From contig NC_068986.1 in assembly GCF_001194135.2 (NCBI RefSeq), positions 26,288,921 to 26,352,920 of the forward strand: a stretch of DNA of 64,000 nucleotides, written 5' to 3'. This document shows positions 42,441 through 56,829 of this stretch, piece after piece. The stretch is from Octopus bimaculoides (taxonomy: Eukaryota). The stretch's first letter is position 1; the number at the start of each line of letters is the position of its first letter. Made by a program: the position numbers and the translations under genes. The notes beneath the pieces were generated by a model. That model worked only from the letters and a program-made list of their open reading frames with translations, was not told where the DNA came from and made no database searches.

Positions 42441-44892
42441 CTCCACAGCAGAAGTGTTAAGACTGGTTCTCCTGGTGGTGGGGATTAACCTGAAAGAGAC
42501 GTGTGCCAGTACCACATAAAAAGCACTCATGGATGTGTCACATACAAGTGCCCGTGTGACATTATGTAAAAGCACTTGTGCAGCACCACGTGAAAGCAGC
42601 CATATAGTACCGTGTAAAAGCGATCGTGTGGTGCCACATAAAAGCATCCAGCACATTCTGTAAAGTAGTTGGCGTTAGGAAGTGCATCCAGCTGTAGAAA
42701 TCATGCCAAATCAAATTGAAGTCTGGTGCAGCTTTCCAGCTAGGAGCTCTGGTCAAACCGTCCAACTCATGCTTGCATCGACAGCAGACATTAAATGATG
42801 GTGATAATGATGATGATGAAAGTGTGATACTAGAGAGGGTGGCTTTAGCTGCTATTTCTAGATAGTTGAACGACCACAATGTTGTTTCCTCACTGAAATA
42901 AATTATAAAAATGAGTAAATTCAACATGTTAATTCGATCAACGTAAACATTTAAAAAGAAATCGTAGCATAAAAAAAAAAGTTAATGACATGTAGGGATG
43001 CGGTTGCAAAAAAATACAAGTCTTAAATTTCTCCTGTGAGCACAATAGCTTACGTATACATAATCACATTTTGAATACTGTCATGCAGAGTTTCTCCCCT
43101 TGTCCTACCTAACGTTTGAACTGACTCGCAAGCTTGGTAACATTTTTTCCTGTAGAAGGTGTGGAAGACCAGAATGAATCATGGAGCGCTTGACAAAATA
43201 TATTTCAGTATTTAATTCCGTTTCTCAAGATTCTGAGTTTAAGTCCCACGATGGTTGATTTTGTTTTTCATCTCCATGAGTTCAAAAAATTATACATCAT
43301 TTAAATCAACAATACTTAACTTAAATTTATTCCACTTGATGAACACTATAAATCATTATAGCCCAAACAGAACAGGTCTAGTTTCCTTGGTATCAACTGT
43401 TTGACTATACTCATCAATACTCTGTGAAGGTGGCCTTGGGCAAAAGTAAGAGATCAATATTTTCTTTTGTGACAAATAAATATATTATTGGTTTACTGAA
43501 ACTACAATCCAGTTTTGACGTATATTCACTTCATTCATACCCTGTTATGGTATTAGGGGTATAAATAGTATCAATATCATAATAAAAATCTCTTAAATAA
43601 AGAATCTTTGTACCAAGTGTAAAGGAGACCAATTTCATCCATTATTTTTCATAATAGCCAGTGGTAATAGCAAACACTAAGAGATGAACATGAATTATGA
43701 TAATTGTTATGATAATGAATTATTATTATTATAATCTGTTCAGTTCAGACTTATCACCTAAATTGCTTTATTTGTTTGAGTACTATGCACTCTTGTACAT
43801 CTTGTAATGCGACCACCACGTTTTGTACCAAAAAATCAGTGAGATCTTTTTATCTTTTATCTTTTTTCTTTTTCTTTTGACAACTCAAGTATGATGCTAC
43901 CACCCAATTTTGACCTTGATGTTTTGTATTAAATTCTCATATTATACATGAGTAATTATGCTATTCATTTAATTCAAAGAAATTCTTTGATGATGAGCCA
44001 AAAAGACTGGATATCTTTTTTTCTTTTATACAGCACAGCAAAGTAACATCATTTTTGGCTTCTTCATAGATTTAGTTAATTTCTAAAATAAGCTGGATAG
44101 GTCTGCAATCTATAAGAACAAGCTTTAGGTGTTTTCGCTCAATAAACATTCACAACGCCCGGTCTGGGAATCGAAACCACAATGCTATGACCGCGAGTCT
44201 GCTGCCCTAACCACTGGGCCATTGCTCCTCCACCTTAAAATATAGCTCTGTAACAAATATACAAAATTGGGCTATTTCACTTTTAAGTGCCTTATGGAGA
44301 GTCAGCTCTTTTGCAACACTTGAATTAATCACTCTGCACTACAGGTTTGCTTGTGTAAGGTTATACAACTTTCCAAAAAGTAGAGTGAGGACTCACTTTG
44401 AATACACAATCCCATGGATGTTTTCCACTTGGGAAGTATTTGTCATAAGCAACAAATACTTCCCAACACTTGAGGCTTCAAGTTAGACTTTGCAACTATT
44501 TTTTTCAATAACCATTTCTAATTAACATTTCTCAAATCAGTCAAACTATTAGCAGCTGTTTAATCCCATATTGCTTATCATTGACAACACCCTACTTAAC
44601 TCATTTTTCATTCCTTAATTGAAACTCACTTTTGAAGTGACTTCAGCACTCACATCTTTATTTGTTTTTCAACCTTAACTGATATAGAAACAGAAACAAT
44701 GATCTTTCTGAAAATCCACGCTAATTTCTTCCCTTCTGTCTCTGGTTGATGCAATAATTTAATTTTGGCATTTAAACACATTTAAGTAATATATTTGTTC
44801 TATTCTTAACCTCTAAATTCGATTTCCGTACTGAAACTACAGTAGTCTCACTGCATTCTTATTGTACATGAAAATTTCACTGAACCATACCA

Positions 44893-44893
44893 C

Positions 44894-44947
<54 letters not shown>

Positions 44948-44948
44948 C
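44893..44948. repeat. (AAT)n microsatellite
   Basis: Uninterrupted AAT run. Similar (TAA)n arrays at ~29068-29130 and 48821-48880; (GAT)n at ~40464-40510. Confidence 0.95.
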
Positions 44949-44949
44949 C

Positions 44950-45162
44950 TTTCTACTAAAAGCACAAGGCCTGAAATTTTGGGGGTGGGGACTAGTCAAT
45001 TACATTGACCCCAGTGCAAAACTGGTACTCATTTCATCGGTTCTGACAGAATGAAAGGCAGAGTTGACCTCAGCAAAATTTGTACTCTGAACACGAAGAC
45101 AAACGAAATGCTGTCAAGCATTTTGTCCCGGCATGCTAACATTGCTGCTAGCTTGTTGCCTT
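44950..45162 (-). mobile_element. tRNA-like SINE family C (representative copy)
   Basis: Element strand AAGGC..C.AGCT.GCAG...GAGT.CAAATT...GACT.TGCCTTTCA...GTACCAGT...ACTGGGGTC.ATGTAAT, with an (ATT)n tail. Other copies near 3080, 28900, 43140, 47690, 48881, 50350, 59900 and 62280. Confidence 0.75.
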
Positions 45163-48100
45163 TAATGATATTAACAACAACAACAGCAACAACAACAATA
45201 GTGATCTTATTGTATATAGTACTCAGATGCCCTATAACTCATTGAAAAAGGGTGAAAAAGGAACAGAAAGCAGCAGTAAGTCATGTAAAGAAAGACAGTA
45301 ATGATAGCCAAAAGCGCATGCATAGTACACTGGATAAACTTGAAAAGTGAACAGTAAAAGAGCTATAAAGAAGAAATGGTGCATAGGTATGTCAGGAGTT
45401 GTGTTGGCAAATTTTGGTAAGCATATAATTTTTGGAGGATATAGTGTTATGATAGCAAACAAAACTGATGTGTGTAATTTATTCCATGCTTCAACAATTC
45501 CGAGCATGATAAATGGTTCTGAAAGTCATGAGTTCTGCATTGTTTTTTTTTATTTTATATAAGTTGTTTGTCCAGGGAGCTACAGATATTGAATTTAAAA
45601 AAGTAGGGGCCAAAGTTGTTATTTTTGAAAGATGGTGGATGATTCTGTGAGCTTCTACCAAGTCAGCTGCTAGATGTCAAAGCTTTAGTGTATCAATGCT
45701 CAGAGAAGCAACCCATTAAAGATATGGTAAGTGATTAAAAGAGGGTATTTGACTGGGTGCATGTCTTAGGCTATCTTCCAGTAGATTGATATTTTGGACA
45801 AGATGGTGTTCCAGTCTGAAAATGCAAACTGTAAGTGTGAACATATCATAGCCATATGGCTTTATATCTGGTATTAAAGATTAGATTTCCACTAATTCTA
45901 TGTCAAATTATGGAAGCATATGCACTTTAATATAATAATTTCATGACAACCAATGAAATAATGTAGTCTTTATTTATAAGAATGCTTATCTATGTTCTAT
46001 ATATCTCTTTAAATGATTTACAAGTGGTTATATAGAAAAATTATGTAACATAAACCACTTGCAGGAATTATTCACTGGACCCAAATGAAAGGTATTTATA
46101 TACAAATCTCCTCATGCAAAACATCTATTCAAATAGCAAAAAATATTTGGTATATAAAGTGACCCTTTGGAGCCCTGTATTTTGGTTCTTTACCAAAAGG
46201 ATATCCTTTAATTTTCCTAGATTATTTCATTCACCACTTCCAGCGTAGATCAATCCATGTGCAGTACCATAGTAGTAACAATTTCCACATGCACGATTCT
46301 CTTTGCTGCTAACTGCTCTCTCTGACATAACTTCTGAACTGGTCTTTTCTATCTCAGATTCCTTAATACTCTGAGTACACAACCATCAAGCAGAACAAAT
46401 TCAGTTTCTAAGGTCTGACAAGATGATATTCTAGCACCTACTCCAAACATTAATAGTTTCTATTAGCTTTTATCCTTATCGAACACTTCAACTCCTTTAT
46501 GTACAAACCAATGTAGCAACCTGCATGTTGTCTCTCAACTGGCTAGAAATATCAGCCAAATTTCCCTCAAATAATAGCCTACATTTTTAAAAGAATTTAC
46601 ATATTAGATTACATAACCTAAGATTCCCCTAAAAAGATGGGTCTCTATCATAAGATTACTCACACAGAATAAACAATAGCAACTCCTATGTGTACAAGAG
46701 TACTTGTAACTTTTCAACTCATTTTTAGCACACTTGCACCCTCCAAATTTTTCTCATGTTTACTATTGATTTGTGTGTCAGTCTGTTTGTTTTCTGATTC
46801 AACTTTACATTATTCAACTGGCATCCCAGCTGTGACCACCTGTCAGTATTTCTTTTTCTAGATTAATGAATTGAGAAGTGCATTATCAATAGTGTCCTTC
46901 TATTTTTTTATCATAGTTGGATGATGTTTGGCTACAAGTGCTAACAAGTCAAGTGACTATGTAGAAGCTCCCATGGATTGTATCTATTCAACTATCTACA
47001 TGCCGCTGGTCAGCTCAGTTAAAGACTACCTGGGTTGAAACAACAATAACATAAAGCCCTTTCGGTACTTATTTCAAGATATGGAAACATACAATTGTTT
47101 GTACTGTACTCAAAGAAAACAAAGCTTCCAGAGAGACCTTCTATATGATCACATGACCAGCTACAAATAACAGCCAAATCTTTCTGAAATCATAATCCCA
47201 CCATCTTAAAATGGAAAGGAAAATTGGGTAATATGGGACCAGATATATTATGTATGAAAATAGACAGGATGGTTGCAGTTGAAATGTCTTTGGACAAAGT
47301 TCTGTTCAATAAGAGTTGATCATACACAAGTCTATTGCTCTCATTTGATTTTCTAAAGCATTGGTTATGACCATAAAGAAATACCAGTTTCACAGTTTCC
47401 ATTGATCTTGATTCTGTATCTTACTCTAATCATGTCCTATTCTTAAGAACTTTGGGGAAAGTAAGAATAGTTTCCTTAAACATTAGCCAAGTCATATCTT
47501 GCATCAAAATCATCTGATAAAATTACATTAACAATTCTATACCCTTAGAGTTTGATCCATAGCTAACACCAACCATCCATAGTTACTTCTCAAAAGAATC
47601 TCATACTGTTATACTAAAACTTTCACCAAGAAGACAGAGTTCTTTTCTAAAAATGGATTTTTGATTTTTAGAAAATCTCAAATTTGGAGGAAGGGGTTGA
47701 TTGATAACGTTGACCCCAGGTGTTTTATTTCATCAACCTTGAACGGATGAAAGGTAAAATTGACCTTGGTGAGGTTTGAACTCAGAATGTAAACTGCCAA
47801 AACAAATATTTTGTCCAACACTCTTGCTACCCTGCCAATTTGCCATCCTGCAGATGCTCTGACTATTCTGCTAATGTCTTCAAAAAGTAGTTCCCTTTTC
47901 AGTTGGACAGCACACTTCTCATTGAATGTTACACTAGTTTGTACCCATAAAAAATGTAATCATCCAACTCACGCATAAAAGTATCTCCACTTTTTGATTG
48001 TTCTTATTATGATAGTTTGTAAAAGAAACACAATCTTGTACATAGTAGGGTAGTTAAAATAACAATAGAAGATGACTAAACAAAATCCATCTTTGAAAAC

Positions 48101-48519
48101 GGTTTATTTTTAGAATCATCTAAAGACAAAAATAAATCTGAATAATTAATAATCAAGTAGAACTGATCACAAAACTTTGCAAATTTTTTTTATGAATTTA
48201 TATAAAAGTAGAGAATACAAGGGACCTTTAGTCTTGGTAGAGACAGAAAGGCTCTTCTATTGTATGTATTTTATTATACCTCCAGGATTTGATTGGTTAC
48301 AATACATTCAGTCTGCATAATGATTAATGACAGGAAGGGTATCCAGCCTTAAAATAGTTATTTCTAATATAGATACATTCTTTAATGAATATCCCTTGTT
48401 TATAGCATAAAGTCACCTCCCTCAATATTACACCACCCCTCATTTGAAGGGTCCTGTCTTGCAAGTCACTTGGTAATTTCATTTGCCAGTGGTATGTAAA
48501 AAGCCTCCAGTACACTCTA

Positions 48520-48820
48520 TAAAGTATTTTTATACCATCTTTTTTCTGTTGTTATTCCATAATGTTGGCATAGCTTCCAGTGTATATAGGTCCCAGCTCT
48601 GTCATGTCTGTGAATATATTCCTTCTTAGTCAGGACTGGGCAGCCAGAGATAATATGATTTATTGTTTCTTGTCCATCTCCACATATTCTACAGTTACTT
48701 GTTATGTTTCTTTTCATTATATGTTTTTGGTAATTTCTGGTGGGGAGGCTTTGGTCTTGTGCAGCAATTAAAAATCCTTTAGTCTCTGCTTTGAGTCCTG
48801 AGCTTCTCAACCATTGCTGG
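48520..48820 (-). mobile_element. R4/Dong-like (RLE-type) non-LTR retrotransposon fragment
   Basis: WLRSSGLKAETKGFLIAAQDQSLPTRNY...CRICGDGQETINHIISGCPVL..EYIHRHD: a CCHC knuckle followed by the RHD motif. Confidence 0.8.
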
Positions 48821-49320
48821 TTATTATTATTATTATTATCATTATTATTATTATTATTATTATCATCATTATTATTATTAAGGCATCAAATTAGTAGAAT
48901 CATTAGCATGCTAAACAAAATGCTTAGCATTTCTTCCAGCTTTACATTCAAATTCCACCAAAGTTGACTTTGCCTTTCAACCTTTCTGTGTCAACAAAAG
49001 TACCAGTCAAACATAGGAACTGATGTAATTGACTTTCCCCCTTCCCCTCAAAATTGTTAGCCTTGTACCAAAATTAAAAAGAATTATAATTATTATTATC
49101 ATAGAGAAGTATATTTCATAGCAGTAAGTTCTGATAATTATCATAATTTATACATGTTTTATTAATTTGTAGTGCTGTACTCAAATCTCTGTGTGGTTTT
49201 AACCTAAAAAAAGTACAGCAACACCCCAACTGGATTATAGGTCATCCATTTCGTAGCTAGGGCACATTTATTTGCTTTTGGTTTTGTTGGCTACACAGTA
49301 TAGTAGGGTCAGTTGGGCAC

Positions 49321-49900
49321 CGTCTGGGGGAAAAACAGCACCATGACACAATTCACTCTGCCAGAAATTTGGAAATGACATGCTGTACTACTTAGCATTC
49401 ATGCTGGAAGCTCCAATACAAACATTTCAGAGTGCTTAGGTGTCAATCTGAGGACATGTACTGAGAGTGATAAAAATCAAACATCCAGTCAACATTATGG
49501 TGTTTGGAGTGATCACTAGTGATGGCGACGTTATGCCTCCATTCATCTTCCTGTGAGTCAAGAGGATGGCTGCTAGAAGACCCTATGTCCAGCAACAGGA
49601 CTTTGCACCATGCCACATAAGCGGGAGAGCCCAGTCATAGCTGTAAGACAATTTCTGCAACCACATCACCCCTAAAATCTAGCCACCTAACTCTCCTGAC
49701 TGCAACGCCCTTGATTATTATGTGTGAAGTACAGTTGAGTGAAAGACCGACAAAACTTCTTGTAGCATCAAAGATGAACTGAAGGCGAGGATTATGGCAG
49801 CATTCACCAACTTAAACAAGAAGACCGTCCAGAAGAGTTGCAGGAGATCCTGAAGTCATCTGGAGGCAATGGTTGAAGCCAATGGCAATTTTATTGAATA
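49321..49900 (+). mobile_element. Degraded maT/DD37D (Bmmar1-like) transposase remnant
   Basis: HPVNIMVFGVITSDG..MPPFIF, then QQDFAPCH...PPNSPDCNALDY with 37 codons between the two Asp residues (three are stops), ending LEAMVEANGNFIE*. Confidence 0.8.
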
Positions 49901-50099
49901 AATTTACTCTCTAGTATTTCAAAATATTTTAATGTAATTTTGGTAAATATATATCTGTTAAAATGAGATGTCAGTGTTATTTTCATTTTTGTTTAATTTA
50001 GATGACAATATATTCACTGCAGCCTATAAATATATAAGCCAATCTAGACTCTTTCATCTTCCCTATATATATGCTGCGTGCACACACACACACACACAC

Positions 50100-50143
<44 letters not shown>

Positions 50144-51215
50144 TAGCCTTTGTGATATTACCATATTTACTCAGTATAAGTCACATGATTTTATAGTTAA
50201 TTTTAAGTGAAAAAACTCAGTGTGACTTATACATGGGGCAAAGCTAAAACTATGAAAAGGAAAAATTTTGTATCAAGATTTAACACTAAACTGGGTATGA
50301 GGCTTATACATGAGTGCAACTTATACACAAGTAAATATGGTAATTGTTGAGGTAAGGGCGATAAATTGATAGAAAATATTCTGAGTGTCAGTCAAGATAT
50401 CTTGTTGTTGTTAGTCAGCTATATCGCTTCGCATTCTTTACCTTCTAAGTTCACATCCGAGCAAGATTGATTTTTGCTTTTCATCCCACCGCAGTCAATA
50501 AAATAAAATACCAGTCAAGCACTAGGTCGATATGTATAATAACTATATTCTCCCCACAAACTCAAGGACTTGTGCCTCAGTATGAAATCAATATCAATTC
50601 TTGTTCAGGTACCATCAATTTCATCTTTTTCCCCCCAACCATGATTATAAACACTATAAAAAACTTGTCAATACTACTATATCCTCTGTTTAATGAGTAA
50701 AACCATAAAAAAATGAGAAAAATCAGCAGTCACGTAAATGTTACTTTAGAAAAGAGAAAGAAACTGGGGTATTTCTAATTACATCAATTGAGGTCATATG
50801 TATTAATACAAGAGAAAACATCTAAAATAGACCTTTCATGCAAACTGTAAAGGTTTATATTACCAGACAAGTTGTAAAATATTATATTGCATAATACATA
50901 GCTAAATACATAAATTCTTGCTTATCATTTTAGACATCTCTAAAAATACATACAACCACACCTCGCTCACACTAAATCATACATACACACGAGCTGACAA
51001 GGGAGCCTCAATGTGATCACTCAACATGCTAGAAATAGTGACCAAACCACCCTGAAGTCAAACAGTAGAGTGTTAAATAATGAAATAAGGAAAGGATACA
51101 TTAAATAATGTTATCTTACATGCTCCCTGAATTGATAGAAGTTTAGGAATGGAATATTTTTTCATTATAGATTGACCCAGTCCAAGAAGATTTCAATATA
51201 AAAACCAACAACATA

Positions 51216-52103
51216 TTGGGTCATCCTATAAATAATGTGGTTTTACTATACTTTTATTTTTCAAAATTAAGATAAAGTTCTTTTTTAATCTAAAATATAC
51301 TCTCTTCCATTTTCTACAATGCTCTTCCATCTATCTGGTAGAAAATTCCCTTGTCCGTGATGAAAAATACTCCTCCAGTACTGTTCTGGCCTTGCCTACA
51401 GAATTCATATTTTTTCCATCCCAGTGATTTTGAAGACTGCAGAATAAATAATAATCAGATGGGGCAATGCCTGGCAAATATGGTGGGTGGAGCATCATTT
51501 ACCATTCAAACAGCTCCAGTCTTTGGAATGTCATCCTCACTGCATGTGGCCGAGCATTATCCTGATGGAAGAACACTTTTTGTCTTGAAACCAAAGATGG
51601 TCGTTTTTCTTCTAGTGCTGACTTGAATGACTGGTTGAATGACCAACTCCAAGCTTCTTGGCTAGTTCCTCAGCAGTTATGATGGGATTTTATTCCACCA
51701 GGGTTTGCAGGATATCCTCGTCAAGCTCTTCAGATCTTCCAGGATGAGCCTCATCTTCTAGGCTGTAGTCTTCAGCTCAGAATTTCTGGAACCACCGTTG
51801 ACACTGGCATACACTTATTGTCTGATCGCCATATACTGCATTAATATTCCTCACACTTTCAGTTGTATTGTTGCCTTTATTGAAGTCATGAAGTAAAATA
51901 TGCTGAATATACTCCTTTGTCACTTCCTTTGGAAAAATAACTTAAAAATCGAACTGCACTCTTCAAAACTTGCACTAAGAATAAGGACAAGGTAAAATTA
52001 CTACCTGCTTTTATAGCAAGTTGATGCAGGTAGTTTACCCAGTCCCCCTTTGACTTTTAGTTCATGCAATTGAAAAAGCCACATTATTTATGGGCTGACC
52101 CAA
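51216..52103 (-). mobile_element. Internally deleted mariner (DD34D) element, 888 bp
   Basis: TA duplication at 51214-15 and 52104-05. TIRs are TTGGGTCATCCTATAAATAATGTGG and CCACATTATTTATGGGCTGACCCAA. The minus strand gives the HTH N-terminus (CQRWFQKF..EDYSLEDEAHPGR) joined to HQDNARPH...HPPYLPGIAPSDYYLF (34-residue spacing). Confidence 0.9.
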
Positions 52104-52624
52104 TACATACAAATTGCAGTGACACTAGATGTATATTATTTGAATATACCATCATCATCATTATTTAGCATCTGCTTTCCATGCTGGCATTGGTTGGACA
52201 GTTTGACTGGAACTGGTAAACCAGGGAGCTGCACCAAGTTCCCATCTGATTTGGCAGGATTTCTAAGGCTGGATGCCCTTCCTAATGCCAACCACTCCCA
52301 GAGTGTAATGGGTGCTTTTTATGTGCCACCGCTATGAGTGTTTTTATGTGCCATCTGCATGGGTGCCAGTTACATGACAGTGGTATTGACCACGACTATG
52401 ATTTCACTTGGCTTGACGTGTCTTCTCAAACAGCATATCGCCAAAGGTCTCGGTCACTTGCCACTGCCTCCATGATGCCTGACATTTGAAGATCATGCTT
52501 CGCCACCTTGTCCCATGTCTTCCTGGGTCTACCTCTTCTATAGGTTCTTTCCACAGTTAGAGATGCATACACACACACACACAAATATTTGTGTATATAC
52601 TCTTTACTCTTTTACTCTTTTACT

Positions 52625-52810
52625 TGTTTCAGTCATTTGACTGTGGCCATGCTGGAGCACCGCCTTTTTTAGTCTAGCAAATCGACCCTATGACTTATTC
52701 TTTGTAAGCCTAGTACTTATTCTATCAGTCACTTTTGCCGAACTGTTAAGTTACGGGGACATAAACACACCAGCATTGGTTGTCAAGCGATGTTGGGGGA
52801 CAGACACAGA
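52625..52810 (+). mobile_element. Dispersed repeat family B (representative copy)
   Basis: GGCCATGCTGGAGCACCGCC...ATCGACCC...TAAGTTACGGGGAC.TAAACACACC. Related copies near 25190, 30790, 39200, 54190, 60800 and 63480. Confidence 0.7.
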
Positions 52811-53207
52811 CAGACAAACATACACACACAAACACACACACACTCACACAGACACACACAGACACACATATATATACACACACACATATATACGACGGGC
52901 TTCTTTCAGTTTCCGTCTACCAAATCCACTCACAAGGCTTTGATCGGCCCGAGGCTTTTAGTAGAAGACACTTACCCAAGGTGCCATGCAGTGGGACTGA
53001 ACCCAGAACCATGTGGTTGGTAAGCAAGTAACTTACCACATAGCTACTCCTATGCTTATATATATANNNNNNNNNNNNNNNNNNNNNNNNNNNNNNNNNN
53101 NNNNNNNNNNNNNNNNNNNNNNNNNNNNNNNNNNATATATTTATATATACATATTTATATGTATGTATATATGCATATATATTTAAATCCATATCTGTCT
53201 GTCTGTT

Positions 53208-53295
<88 letters not shown>

Positions 53296-56200
53296 CTGTA
53301 TGTGAGCAAGGGTGTGTGCATATGTGTGTGTGCTTATGTGAGCCTGTATGTTTACATTTGTAATGCGCAGTATACAATCGATACATAATTACATTATATG
53401 CAGATGTATGAAAGTAAAAAGACGCAAAAATACATAATAAATTATCACTTTACAACATCATTACTATTTATGATTATACTGTGTAGTGTATTGCATAAAG
53501 CAGGGAGATAAGCTTCTGGCAAGCTAAATCAGCTACTAAGTTTCAATTCTTGGTTCACATATGCTACTGATGCTCTTAAGAAAAGAAAACGTTACCTGAC
53601 AGAGAGGATACTAGTTGCATTAAGGCTGCACACATGCAACTTTCTGAAGGGCAAATGCAGCCTTCTACAAAAAGGTTCTATATTTCAGGGAAAAATAATT
53701 ACATGAGAATATATTTTTGTTGATTTCATTCCATTTAAAGCCTCTCTTTGAATTTCAGGAACACTTATTTATATTCCTTTTATTATGCTTGTAATAACTT
53801 AATATCTTGAATAAAGTAATTGTAACTGTTTAAAACAGAGAAATTTAAAGAAATTTTTTTAAAATACATAAAATAAAATGTTATAGTGGAAGTGCTTATT
53901 TTGAAAAATCTGCCTTTTTTTCATATTTCATTTGAGTTTTTTGTAAATCATTATATTTTATAGAATAATAGCTTTGTTTTTAATAACCAGTTGATCTAGC
54001 AAGCAGGGCCTCATATCAGTGAGGGGGGCCGGTGCGCATTGATGCCATCGAGAGGTAGGCCCCGAAACGGCGTGCATTCTCTCCTGATGACCCCATACAC
54101 TTGATGGCTTCTGGTATGCGGAGTTCTCGACTGGTAGCACTTGCATGTGTGAGTTGTTTGCAAGACGTAGGTTTAGTTTCTTTCATTGTTTTTTTTATCT
54201 TTTACTTCTTTCAGTCATTGAACTGCGGCCATGCTGCAGCACTGCCTTGAAGGATTTAGTAGAACAAACCAGCCCCAGTACTTTTTTTTTTCCTTAAAGT
54301 CTGGTACTTATTCTATTGGCCTGTTAAGTTATGAGAATGTAAACAAACCATCAGAGGTTATTGAGTGGTTGGGAGACAAACACAAAGACATGCCAACAGA
54401 CACTACAGGCTTCCCTCTACTTAATTCACATGTCGTTGGTCGACCCAGAGTTCTAATAGAAGGCATTTGCCCAAGGTACTATGTAGTGGGACTGAACCTA
54501 AACTATGTGGTTGCAAAGTGAACTTCTTAACCTCACAGCTATGATTAATACTATAATTATTTTTTAAATAGGTTTTCTCAGATGGCAGTTAGCTTTAATG
54601 CAGATTTCCAACTTAAAATGCCCCACCACCACCACCACCAAATCTACCCCCACTATATCCCCTTCTCCAGACTAGACCTTACAGATCTTTTCATTCCTTG
54701 CAGATGATTCCTGCCCCATCATTTTTTTGTTTTTTGTTTTTTGCTACAAGTATTGATTTGCAGATGCTCAACCTGCTGAACATCAAATACATTGATCTCT
54801 TCCGTCTAAAGAACCTGGAACCTACAACAGTCATGGGTATTCTACTTCCTCTTCTGATAAATAAATATATAAATAAATGTAAATTAAAAAAAAAACAACA
54901 ACAAATATCTGGAAGGTGTAGCTGCTGCTACTGCTATTATTTCTAATTATAATTATGTAAGGCAAGCCATTTGAGTCACTAGAAACAGCAGCCAGATCTT
55001 TCTCAAATCACATCCTATTGTCTTAAAGACAGAAAGAAACATTGGATAGTGTAATCTGAGATTAACTATGTGCGTAAACATGAGATAGTCGGAGCTAGAA
55101 TGTCTTTAAACATAGGCTGGCTTGCAAAAGATTTATCTGGGACAAAACAATGACAGCAACAACAATAACAACAACCTGTGTAAGAAATCAATACTGACAT
55201 AGACATGAAGCTTATGAATATGTTAATATAGAGATGTCAAGGTTTTCTTAATCTCTTCAGATCAATTTCATTTTTTTCATTTATAGCTCGACCAAAGTTT
55301 GTATCCATTAACACCTAGCTGCAAGTGTAAACACTTCTAGTACACTTAGAACATAACCATTTTCATATTATTTTTTCAAAGAGTTTATTTAGTAAATGAT
55401 TTATTGACTTATACATGCTTCTTCTTCATGTGTCTCCTTTATCTAATTAGGATCATTTTCCTCAAATAGGTCAGGTGAGGATGGAAGGGATGCTTAAGAT
55501 CACAAAAATAGATTGATGTTGAATTTGATATTTTTTTTTTATAAAAGAAAAATTGTTTGACTACAAATACAGCAGATATGATAACACTCAAACAGATTAT
55601 AGAACCAATATAAAATTATAAATATAGAAGTGGGGAGGATGATTTAAAAGCCAAATTTTTCAGCTGATGACTAGGGTCTGTTAAAGTTGAAATTTTAAAT
55701 AAAATTATTCTTCTCTCTACTTACTGTTAAGTGAATTTCACCCTTTCCAATACTTGTATTTACAGATAAAATAGAAACATAGAAAACAGGTCACAAGAAA
55801 TAATCAGCTTATAACATTTTCTTATCCATTCTCTTATCTTGCAGCATTTTTCCAGAAGGAAATATGCTCTATTTGTTTTCATCAATGATTATTTACTTAA
55901 CATTTCTTGATGATTAATAACATGTGTATTTTTGTTTTTCATTCTTCCATTTTTTTTTTTTTTTTGACACTGATTGCTGCTTTCTCATAAAATATTTCTC
56001 ATACTTCACATATGTACTAATTAGTCTATATTTAAGACCTAATTTAAACTCACTATTAATTTGTTGTCTTGAATGAAATTTTGCCAAGGTATGCATCTCA
56101 AAATAACTCTCACATTATGCAAGGAATTGGTATGAGGAAAAAGAAAGAAGGAATGATGAAGAAGTGGGAGGAGGATGAGAAACAGGTAGAGATGAATGAA

Positions 56201-56829
56201 TGAGAAAAATTGTACTATGATTCTATTCATGAATAGCATTTAACTTTAAGAATTACACTACTTGACTAAGTTCTCAGTGTTTCCATTTACTATTCCAAGA
56301 TTTTACATATCTTTACATTTATGTATTTCACTTATAACTAGTTAATGCTGATCTTCATTGAGTTCTAATTTTCTTAACAAAGAAATAGCTTCTTCCACAT
56401 GCAAAGGCTCCAATGCAGACTGATGTCATTGTTTTAACTTCCACTTTTCCATGCTTGCATGGGTCAGATTGAATTTGTTGAGGTGGATTTTCTAGTCAAA
56501 TGTTCCTTTCTGTTGCCAGCCCTTACCTGTTTCCAAGTAAAGTAGAATTTTCTCATAACCAGATATATTTTTACAGAATATTGGAAACAAAGAACACTGC
56601 TTGCATGACAGTGACACTTATTTACAGCCCTAACCCTATCATGCAATGTTGAGGCAAGGAGACAGTAACAAACACATGCACCTGCACTTACAAACATACA
56701 TGTATACATACATATATGCATACATACATATATACTTACATATATATCACCTGGATCACCTGGATATATCAGTCAGGCTGTCTGGTACTGAGTTGGTTCC
56801 ACTGGCTACAGCATTCACTCCATTTCCCT

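Noticed and set aside
42480-42660. Short GTG(C/G)CAC.TAAAA.GCA repeats resembling a CRISPR array
   Set aside because: Degenerate internal subrepeats of dispersed family D; irregular spacing, eukaryotic context and no cas genes.
54057-54095. Hammerhead ribozyme from GAAAC and CTGATGA
   Set aside because: In the permuted order both stem II strands would be CCCC and cannot pair, the cleavage triplet would be GUG, and there is no stem I.
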